NCBI GenBank assembly: GCA_003452915.1
Contig: DMMZ01000043.1
Span: 4,933-68,932, forward strand
DNA: 64,000 bases
From: Clostridiales bacterium
GTDB taxonomy: Bacteria; Bacillota; Clostridia; Oscillospirales; CAG-382
Direction: 5' to 3'
Shown here: piece by piece, positions 47,514 to 55,475 of the stretch
How positions within the stretch are numbered: position 1 is the first letter of the stretch
Layout of the letters: every line of letters begins with the position of its first letter
Position numbers and translations under genes: made by a program
Notes under the pieces: model-generated
Databases searched by the model: none
What the model was told of the DNA's origin: nothing
What the model saw: only the letters and a program-made list of their open reading frames with translations

Positions 47514-48707
47514 ATGAATAAAAAAGCTAATATTATCACTCTGTTTGTATTTGTGGGCATAATTGCACTGCTTTCGGTTCTTTTCGTATTTAAAAAGGAC
47601 GAGAGCTTTTCCGAACAGGAAAACAGAGATTTACAGACTTTACCGAAGATAACAAGTGAAACACTCTTCAACGGTACATATTCAAAACAGATAAACAGTT
47701 ATTTTGCAGACCAGTTTCCGCTCAGAGATTTTTTTGTAGGAATGAAAGGCACGAGCGAGCTTGCAATGCTTAAGGGTGAAAATAACGGTGTGCTTTTTGG
47801 TGATGACGGTTATCTTGCAGTACGAAGCTTTTCGGTTTTGGATGACAACGGAAAACTTACCAATCCGACCGATTATTATTCCGAGAAAGTATTGTCTGCA
47901 CATTTTAAGGGATTAAAAAAACTACAATCTAACCTTAATGCACAAGAGATAGAATTTGCGGTTATAATTCCTCCGCGTACAATCGATTTAGCGACTTGGA
48001 AGCTTAATTTCCCCTCCGATAACAGCCTGGAATTACAAAGTTTTATTGGAGAAGGTTTAAAAGACATAAATTACATAGATATATTTCCCATGTTAAAAGA
48101 AAAGTTCGAGAACGACGAGTATGTTTATTACAGAACAGATCACCACTACACAAGTCTGGGAGCGTATTATACCTATTGCGAGGTAATGAGGCAATATTGC
48201 ATGGAAGATGATATAATACCATTATCTGATTTTGAAGTAAAGGTAGTAAGCGAAGAATTTTACGGTACAACTTGGTCGAAAGCAGGTTTTAAATTCGTAG
48301 AACCAGACCAGATTTGTTATTTCGATTATAAAAACAGTGATGAAGTATCTGAATACACTACAATTAAGGACGGTGTTTCTTTTAAAGGGTTTTATGATTT
48401 TTTACTTTTAGATACAAAAGATAAATATTCGTTTTTCATTGGAGGAATCAGTAAGCTAACTACAATAACAAAAACGAGCGGAAATGAAGTTGGAACAAGA
48501 CCTAAAATGTTGCTTGCGAAAGATTCCTTCGGATTAAGCCTTGTACCTTTCCTAGCATTACATTTTGACCTTGAGATAGTTAATGTTGCTGATGAAGAAA
48601 TTAAATTTTTAAGCAATATTGCAACAAAAAAGAATTGTGATTATGTGCTTGTAGTTTATAATACAGAAAACCTTATATCAACAAAATATATAGCCGCATT
48701 TCATTAA
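47514..48707 (+). CDS. DHHW-family (AlgJ/AlgX-like SGNH) protein, MBOAT partner
   Basis: Has an N-terminal TM anchor and a YYRTDHHYTSLGAYY motif (DHHW variant). It lies directly downstream of the MBOAT gene. I chose the ATG at 47514. Confidence 0.75.
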   Translation: MNKKANIITLFVFVGIIALLSVLFVFKKDESFSEQENRDLQTLPKITSETLFNGTYSKQINSYFADQFPLRDFFVGMKGTSELAMLKGENNGVLFGDDGYLAVRSFSVLDDNGKLTNPTDYYSEKVLSAHFKGLKKLQSNLNAQEIEFAVIIPPRTIDLATWKLNFPSDNSLELQSFIGEGLKDINYIDIFPMLKEKFENDEYVYYRTDHHYTSLGAYYTYCEVMRQYCMEDDIIPLSDFEVKVVSEEFYGTTWSKAGFKFVEPDQICYFDYKNSDEVSEYTTIKDGVSFKGFYDFLLLDTKDKYSFFIGGISKLTTITKTSGNEVGTRPKMLLAKDSFGLSLVPFLALHFDLEIVNVADEEIKFLSNIATKKNCDYVLVVYNTENLISTKYIAAFH

Positions 48708-48887
48708 AAACTAAAAAAACACCTTTTTGGGGCGTTAAGATGATCTTAATGTCCCTTTTATACTGCTTCTTAAGTGAAACAGTATTACATATCAGATTTT
48801 TCGACAAAATATCAATATAAAGTAAAGGTAAACTTTAAAAAAGTGCATAAATATGGTAAAATATAGATAAAAATGTCAAATTTAGTA

Positions 48888-48916
48888 TTGACTTAAATAT
48901 TATATAATTGTATAAT
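48888..48916 (+). promoter_or_regulatory. Sigma-A-like promoter
   Basis: TTGACT, a 17-nt spacer, then TATAAT. It lies about 38 nt upstream of the 48954 start. Confidence 0.45.
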
Positions 48917-48953
48917 TAATATAAATTTATAATAAAAAAGAAGGAGTGTCAGT

Positions 48954-50750
48954 ATGAGAAAGACATTTAAAAGAATAGCTTATTTTTTTTGTGTATTTTG
49001 TTTTCTGTTAACAACTCTTTTTAATTCGGGGTTAATTACGTCAGCAGAGGTTGTTTGGGAAGAAAATTATCATAAAACACAGTTAGAATATTATGCAGGA
49101 AGTGCTGCTACAAAATCTATGACTGACAATTCATTCTCGGACTGGGCAGGATCAGAGCTAGTAGAAATTAATTCGCTGGAGCATCCGGAAAACTGGCAGA
49201 ATACCTTTTTTACAAATAGCATAGCATACAATTATGCACTCGCCTGGGATACAAGCTATGTATATTTATATATTGAAATTGACAGACCGCTTTCTGCTCT
49301 GACAGCAAGCTATACCCGTTTTTATTTTGATGTTACTCCGGAAACAAACTCTTTTACAGGCTGGGTAGAATATACTTACAATTCATCAACAAATAACATA
49401 GTAGTTAACAGAGCTCATAGATATAATAATACAAACGATCCGACCTTTGCTGCAAACATAGGATTGCATGTAACAGAAATTGATGGAAAAACCTGCATAG
49501 AGACAAAGATTCCCTGGTCGGGAATGAATCAAGCATTTACTCCTACGAATGGTGCAAATATTAAATATAATCTATGTATTTTGGCAGATACAGATTCAAC
49601 ATATTTATACGTACAAGATTCGTCGGTTTGGACAACCAATAACATGCCCTGGCAAAAATCAACATATTATCTCACAATGTTTTTTAGCACCGGTACGCCT
49701 AATCTTACTCCGATCACACCTACAGCACTTACAACATCGACAATATTGACATCAGCTTATAAAGAATTAAATGCAGCACTGGGAATGACTTATACTGGAA
49801 CAGTCGGAACACATCCCAACTGGCAAAATTTCAACGTAAATCTACTTACCGAGGGAAGCTTTCAGGATGTAACAACCATATCCGGTGATTATATGGAGGG
49901 TTTTCAAGGAACAGGAACAGACGGGTCGTTAACAGCGAACATTGAAGATGATGGAACAATAGTAAAAATTATCGATCTGGGCTCTGTTGTGAACGGATTG
50001 TATAAGTTTAAAATAGGTTCGGCTCAAGTTAGTACTGACGGAATTCTTTTTCCGAGTCAAGTAAAAGTTTATGCTTCGCAAAACAGCTTTCATTATCAAT
50101 ATCTAGGTACAGCAACGGAAGGTGAATATAATAGTTCGGATGCAAGCGGAGTATTAAAGGAATTGCAAAGGTATAATGTAGAACTTACAGAGGGTGTTTC
50201 AGCACGTTATATAAAGATAAAAATTACACCTCCTGCAAGTAATTATAATATAGTTGCTATTTCTGAAATTTCTGCAATTTACAATGTTGCTGTTGATGAA
50301 GAAGTGGTAATAGATCCGATAATTTCGCTTGGCGCAAAAGTAAATATTGAATTAAATGGACTCAGATTCGGAGCGCAATTCAACAAGAACGAGCTTAAGG
50401 AAGTTGAAAAAATTGGTATGCTTATGTTTCCTACTTCAAAGCTTGGTTCAAATACGCTTGATATGGCTTATTATAATGCAAATCCTTACACAGCAGATAA
50501 CCAGTCAGGTGTAATATTAATAAGCGCAGTAGCTATTGCAAAGAGTGATTTTGTCATGGGAAAAGCATTCAATGATTATGAAACATTTAATTATTTCATA
50601 ACACTTCTTAATATCCCCGAAACAAACCTTACTACAAATGTAACCGCAGTTCCGTTTACTTTATATAAAGACGGAAGCATTTCTTACGGAGCACCTCTTG
50701 TTCGTAATTACAGTGCAGTTTTAGATGCGATAGATGCAATACAGGAATAA
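48954..50750 (+). CDS. Secreted protein with a carbohydrate-binding (CBM9/DOMON-like) N-terminal region and a discoidin (F5/8 type C)-like domain
   Basis: 598 aa with a signal peptide. The segment DWAGSELVEIN...AWDTSYVYLYIEI resembles CBM9-type modules. The segment ARYIKIKITPP...AISEISA resembles discoidin domains. These domain calls are tentative. Confidence 0.5.
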   Translation: MRKTFKRIAYFFCVFCFLLTTLFNSGLITSAEVVWEENYHKTQLEYYAGSAATKSMTDNSFSDWAGSELVEINSLEHPENWQNTFFTNSIAYNYALAWDTSYVYLYIEIDRPLSALTASYTRFYFDVTPETNSFTGWVEYTYNSSTNNIVVNRAHRYNNTNDPTFAANIGLHVTEIDGKTCIETKIPWSGMNQAFTPTNGANIKYNLCILADTDSTYLYVQDSSVWTTNNMPWQKSTYYLTMFFSTGTPNLTPITPTALTTSTILTSAYKELNAALGMTYTGTVGTHPNWQNFNVNLLTEGSFQDVTTISGDYMEGFQGTGTDGSLTANIEDDGTIVKIIDLGSVVNGLYKFKIGSAQVSTDGILFPSQVKVYASQNSFHYQYLGTATEGEYNSSDASGVLKELQRYNVELTEGVSARYIKIKITPPASNYNIVAISEISAIYNVAVDEEVVIDPIISLGAKVNIELNGLRFGAQFNKNELKEVEKIGMLMFPTSKLGSNTLDMAYYNANPYTADNQSGVILISAVAIAKSDFVMGKAFNDYETFNYFITLLNIPETNLTTNVTAVPFTLYKDGSISYGAPLVRNYSAVLDAIDAIQE

Positions 50751-50752
50751 AA

Positions 50753-50884
50753 ATGAAAAAAGAATACATTTTTCCAGAGATTGAAATAATTGAATTTGAG
50801 ATAGAAGATATAATTACCGCATCTGGTCTTGCTACAACCGAAGGCGATAATGAATTTACCGCGCCTGACGGCTGGTGGACCTAA
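50753..50884 (+). CDS. Small ORF, 43 aa, acidic N-terminus and Trp-Trp C-terminus (MKKEYIFPEIEIIEFEIEDIITASGLATTEGDNEFTAPDGWWT)
   Basis: This ORF is not in the ORF track (under 60 aa). The ATG comes 2 nt after the upstream TAA, with AGGAA 5 nt upstream. It is open for 43 codons in an AT-rich context. Confidence 0.4.
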   Translation: MKKEYIFPEIEIIEFEIEDIITASGLATTEGDNEFTAPDGWWT

Positions 50885-50988
50885 AATGTTGAAAATAGTC
50901 TATAAATGCTTATTGACTTTTTTATATTAAGTAATTATAATATTTTCATATCAAATATCTTTGAAACAAATTTTGAAAGGAAATTGAA

Positions 50989-51744
50989 ATGAACAAAAAC
51001 ATTCTTAAAATTCTAGCGACTATAATGGCATGTATAATGCTTGTGGTAGTATTTGCAGTTCCTGCGTTAGCAGAAGAGACAGAGGAATCTATGTATATAA
51101 CTGCAATTAATGTAAGTGTAACTGCAGCTTCAGGTACGATTTTCACAAAAGATTTTAATGGTACTGATACTGTACTTCAGAGCGAGGGAAACTTCAGATG
51201 GGTTACATATTTTACAGCTAAACCTACGAGTACAAGCGGAGTATTTGAGGTAGTTGATACAGGGGCTAACATTGCAGATCCTACTACTTCAGTTACGATT
51301 CCAGAAGGCGGTTTTATTTATACCTCTCATGTTGATGATTCTGAAGCTGCAAAAGCTTCCGGCGTATATGAATCATCATCAGCTAATACTGATACGACAA
51401 AGAAATTAGTTGCTGGGAATAAAATTTCTATTGTTGGTGTAGACCTTACAGCAGGAACAAAAACAGAAGATGCAAAGATAGTAATAGGTGCAACTGCTGT
51501 TGACACTTCAACTGAAGTATCAGAGGTTGTTTCTACGGTTGTATCTGATGAATCGGAAACTGTCTCTGTAATAGTTTCTGATGAAGAAGATGATGATTCT
51601 TCAGTTGCAGTAGATGATTCCTCCGTTTCTGAAGAGAGCGACGAGGAAGAAACTTCAAATACCCTCTTATATGTAGGAATCGGTGCAGCAGCTATTATTT
51701 TAATAGCGGTAATCGCATATGCAGCTACAAGAAAAAAGAAATAA
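50989..51744 (+). CDS. Secreted, C-terminally membrane-anchored acidic Ser/Thr/Val-rich surface protein
   Basis: 251 aa. The signal peptide ends in ALA-EE. A folded domain of about 140 aa is followed by a low-complexity acidic tract (SDESETVSVIVSDEEDDDSS...), then a TM segment and RKKK. Confidence 0.55.
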   Translation: MNKNILKILATIMACIMLVVVFAVPALAEETEESMYITAINVSVTAASGTIFTKDFNGTDTVLQSEGNFRWVTYFTAKPTSTSGVFEVVDTGANIADPTTSVTIPEGGFIYTSHVDDSEAAKASGVYESSSANTDTTKKLVAGNKISIVGVDLTAGTKTEDAKIVIGATAVDTSTEVSEVVSTVVSDESETVSVIVSDEEDDDSSVAVDDSSVSEESDEEETSNTLLYVGIGAAAIILIAVIAYAATRKKK

Positions 51745-51803
51745 TTTAAGAGTATAAAAAACATGAGCTGTTACTTTAATGTAACAGCTCACTTTTATTT
51801 TGC

Positions 51804-53225
51804 TTAATTCATTATATTCTCGATATTATTCTCCGAAACAATAACAATTACATAATCTACAATATTCTTATTGTCTGAATTATGTCTGCTTGCTTCAGTA
51901 AGGTTGATGGTAAAGTCACCGTTTCTTCCTACCAAAGCTCTCTGAAAACGCTCTGCAAGTATATCAATTGCTGGGGATAAGCTGTCATCTCTAAAAATAA
52001 GTGCGCTGGGGAGGTCAATACGATCTGTACGAATAGCAAATCTATCGTTGATTCCGATTATCTTGTTGTCTGTTCCGTTATAGATGCTATAATTATTATC
52101 TTCTACTGACACGTATTTTTTTACATCTGAAATGTTGATAGTAGCGATATTGCTTTCCTTGTCCATACCTATTTTCAAGTCGAATAATGGCTCAAGATCT
52201 AATATGCTCTCGGTATAATATTTATTTGTTATGCCAAGATAGGTAATTAGATCGCCACCAATAGCTTCTGTTTCAATCTGTTCAAACTCCTCAAGAGTTC
52301 TCGGAGCTGCTGCAGGGAATTTTAATGCTAGCTCATTAGCTATTTGCTGATAAACAAGATATGCACCGTATTCTGTAAGGTGGCTATCATTCTTGCGGTA
52401 TATATCGAATTCACTCGTGTCCTTTGCTGTTGCAAAAATATCATACATATCAATAACAGTTGCATTTGTCTGTGAGAGTGTGTTAGAGATTTGACTGTAT
52501 CTTGTGGTAAATGTCTCTCTAACTATGTCCTCCCCGAAAATATCAGGATAAATTGATGTTACATCGGGAACAAGAACATAAATAAGCTCTACATCCTGAC
52601 CTTTTGCTCTGTCCTCCAAGCTTGTAACTTTTCCATTTACAAAATCTCTGAAGGTTCTGAGTTCTGTCTGAGTAAGAAGGTTTTCGCCCATAAAGTTTTC
52701 GAGATATGAATCGAAATAAAGCTGTGATTGCATACCGATTGAAACTGCAAACTTATCAATTCGTTTTTCAGCGGTGGCGATGTATTCAGCGGAAACAGAT
52801 TCAATTACACTTTCCTCTTTGCCTTCAACTACTGCCGTAACTTCAAGCAAGTTTGTTGAAGTTTTTGCGAGAGTAACTTCTGCGATAAAGTAACCGTTTC
52901 TTGATTGTACGGTGACATCCTCTTTTCCGCGTTTTATTGTAATAGCTGCACCCTCTTCACAGGTGCCTGAAATTACAACAACATCAGCTGTTATGTTTTT
53001 TACATCCTTAATAACCGGTTGTTCAGTAAAGCCAGATGCTGTTGATATTATATCATCAGACGGTACTTCTGACTTCATATCCTCACTTGGGAATTCAGGT
53101 ATGCTTTGTAATGGATCGGTATTATCACCCTCAACAACGCATGACGCCAATAAAACTGTCAATACTGTAATAAGCATCAGCAGTATAATCACCGCAGTGT
53201 TTGATTTCTTCGTGTTTCTTTGCAT
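51804..53225 (-). CDS. AlgJ/AlgX-like (DHHW-related) SGNH-type protein with an N-terminal Ig-like domain
   Basis: 473 aa with an N-terminal TM/lipobox-like LLASC and a YRKNDSHLTEYGAYLVY motif, paralogous to the DHHW motif in the 47514-48707 product. Confidence 0.6.
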   Translation of the reverse strand: MQRNTKKSNTAVIILLMLITVLTVLLASCVVEGDNTDPLQSIPEFPSEDMKSEVPSDDIISTASGFTEQPVIKDVKNITADVVVISGTCEEGAAITIKRGKEDVTVQSRNGYFIAEVTLAKTSTNLLEVTAVVEGKEESVIESVSAEYIATAEKRIDKFAVSIGMQSQLYFDSYLENFMGENLLTQTELRTFRDFVNGKVTSLEDRAKGQDVELIYVLVPDVTSIYPDIFGEDIVRETFTTRYSQISNTLSQTNATVIDMYDIFATAKDTSEFDIYRKNDSHLTEYGAYLVYQQIANELALKFPAAAPRTLEEFEQIETEAIGGDLITYLGITNKYYTESILDLEPLFDLKIGMDKESNIATINISDVKKYVSVEDNNYSIYNGTDNKIIGINDRFAIRTDRIDLPSALIFRDDSLSPAIDILAERFQRALVGRNGDFTINLTEASRHNSDNKNIVDYVIVIVSENNIENIMN

Positions 53226-53263
53226 TTCGTTTAACCTCTCTTTAATGGGAAATGGATATATAA

Positions 53264-55339
53264 TTATTCTTCTTCATGAGCTTTCTTGGCTTCTGCAATT
53301 ACCTTTTGTGCAACTTCCGAAGGAGCTTCCTCGTATCTTGTGAATACAAAGGAATAACTTCCTCTACCTTGTGTCATTGCTCTTAGTTGAATTGCATATG
53401 TCTGCATTTCAGCAAGCGGTACCTCTGCGGCTACAACGGTGTAACCCTTTCGGTCATTCTGTTCAGTTCCCATTATCCTACCTCTGCGTTTGTTCAGGTC
53501 ACCTATAATGTCACCCATCATAGAATCGGGGATAAGCACCTTAAGCATTCCTACAGGCTCGAGAATTACAGCATTTCCTTGCTTCATACCCTCTTTAAAG
53601 GCTAGGTTTGCCGCAAGCTTGAAGGACATCTCAGAGGAATCAACATCGTGATATGAACCATCGAACAGGTTTGCTTTTAAATTAATTACAGGATAGCCGG
53701 CAAGAATACCCTTTGACATCGATTCCTGCAGACCCTTTTCAACTGCCGGAAAGAAATTCCTTGGAACAGAGCCACCTACCACAGACTCGGTGAATACAAG
53801 TCCTTCTTCTACTCCGGGTGAAAATTCGATTTTAACATGACCGTATTGGCCGTGTCCGCCGGACTGTTTTTTATGTTTACCCTCAACAGCAACCTTTTTC
53901 TTGATTGTTTCTCTGTAAGGAACCTTTGCGGGAGCAAGTTCAATTGATGTACCAAAACGGTTTTTTAGCTTAGAACTGATAACATCAAGCTGAACATCAC
54001 CTAAGCCATAGATACACATTTGTTTTGTCTCAGCATTGTTAACGTATTTAATAGTATAATCCTCTTCGAGCAATTTTACAATACCCGATGAAATTTTATC
54101 TTCGTCGCCCTTCGCCTTTGGTACGATAGCCATACAAAGATATGGCGAAGGCATTTCTATCGGAGCATATTTAATCTTCAAATTAACGTCACTCGAAAGA
54201 GTATCGTTAATATTTGTATCAATAAGCTTTACAGTTACTCCGATATCACCATATGCAAGCTCATCAACCGATGTTTCTTTAGCACCAACACTGGTAGCAA
54301 GTCTTGCAAATTTCTCCTGCTGACCGTTATTAAGGTTATGCATCATCATATCCTTTTTAAGTGTTCCGTTAAGAACCTTAAAATAAGATTTTTTGCCAAA
54401 CTGGTCTGCAAGTGTCTTGAATACTAAAACGCTGACCGGTCCATCCTCGGAAGCAGTAATTTTAGAAACATTACTTTCTGAATCTATAATTGCCTGTTCT
54501 TTCCTGTCAAGCGGAGAGCTGAATGACTCTTCAATAATATCAAGCAGGGAGCGTATGCCGGAAAGGTTTGTTGCCGATCCGGATAATACGGGTGAAATCG
54601 AGCCTTGTAAAAGACCAACTTTTAAAGCGTTAATCTTCTCCTCGTTTGTAAACGGCTCTTCCATAAAGAACTTTTCCATTAGTTCTTCACTCGTCTCCGC
54701 AAGCGACTCGTCCAATTGCTTTTGATATTTTTCCATCCTGCTCTTATTGTTTTCGGGCAGAGTAGTCTCTGTGCGATTTCCGTTTTTATCAAATTTATAT
54801 GCAGCATCTATCAGTAAATTATAATAACCAATTTCGTTGCTTCCCTCGTTGAAAGGAACGAAAACAGGGCATACAGACGAGCCGAATTTTTCTCTTAAGC
54901 CACCGAATGTCTGGTCAAAATTGGAGTTCTCATCATCGGTTTTGTTTATAAAAAAAGCTTTCGGTAATTCAGATGAATAATCCCAAGCAAGCTCTGTGCC
55001 TACTTTTAATCCGCTCTTTGCGTCAACAACAATAATTGCGCTTCCCGCAACTCGTAATGCCTCTTTTACCTCTCCAACAAAATCAAAATAGCCGGGTGTA
55101 TCAAGTATGTTAATCTTAACGCCGTTCCATTCTACGTTTGCTAATGAAGTCGAAACGGAAATACATCTCTTTTTCTCCTCAGGGTCAAAATCGCATATAG
55201 TGTTTCCGTCGGTTGTCTTTCCAAGTCTGTCTGTAGCCTTACCTAAGAATAACATAGCCTCTGCCAACGAGGTTTTGCCGTCACCGCCATGCCCTAAAAG
55301 GCAGATATTTCTGATTTTACTCGAGCTGAATTTTGCCAT
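53264..55339 (-). CDS. Elongation factor G family GTPase (EF-G2-like paralog)
   Basis: 691 aa with G1 GHGGDGKTSL, DTPGYFDF and NKTD motifs, and EF-G domains II-V throughout. I chose the ATG at 55339 behind GGAGGA. Confidence 0.8.
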   Translation of the reverse strand: MAKFSSSKIRNICLLGHGGDGKTSLAEAMLFLGKATDRLGKTTDGNTICDFDPEEKKRCISVSTSLANVEWNGVKINILDTPGYFDFVGEVKEALRVAGSAIIVVDAKSGLKVGTELAWDYSSELPKAFFINKTDDENSNFDQTFGGLREKFGSSVCPVFVPFNEGSNEIGYYNLLIDAAYKFDKNGNRTETTLPENNKSRMEKYQKQLDESLAETSEELMEKFFMEEPFTNEEKINALKVGLLQGSISPVLSGSATNLSGIRSLLDIIEESFSSPLDRKEQAIIDSESNVSKITASEDGPVSVLVFKTLADQFGKKSYFKVLNGTLKKDMMMHNLNNGQQEKFARLATSVGAKETSVDELAYGDIGVTVKLIDTNINDTLSSDVNLKIKYAPIEMPSPYLCMAIVPKAKGDEDKISSGIVKLLEEDYTIKYVNNAETKQMCIYGLGDVQLDVISSKLKNRFGTSIELAPAKVPYRETIKKKVAVEGKHKKQSGGHGQYGHVKIEFSPGVEEGLVFTESVVGGSVPRNFFPAVEKGLQESMSKGILAGYPVINLKANLFDGSYHDVDSSEMSFKLAANLAFKEGMKQGNAVILEPVGMLKVLIPDSMMGDIIGDLNKRRGRIMGTEQNDRKGYTVVAAEVPLAEMQTYAIQLRAMTQGRGSYSFVFTRYEEAPSEVAQKVIAEAKKAHEEE

Positions 55340-55475
55340 GTACAAATCCTCCGTTATATTTTGACATATAGAATGATTATATGATATTATACCGATTTAT
55401 TCAATAGCAATTTTAGATTTAATTTATGATGAGTATAAAATTATTGGCTGTAATTTTGTGTATTTTTCACAATTT

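Noticed and set aside
51327-51764. A 145-aa antisense ORF opposite the acidic low-complexity tail of the 50989-51744 gene.
   Set aside because: It is an artefact of the repetitive GAA/GAT-rich coding strand. The sense-strand protein has a signal peptide and a membrane anchor.
53264-55339. The EF-G paralog as a tetracycline ribosomal protection protein.
   Set aside because: The length (about 690 aa), the G1 motif and the domain IV region look like EF-G2, not Tet(M)/Tet(O) (about 640 aa, AHVDAGKTT-type G1). There is no mobile-element context.
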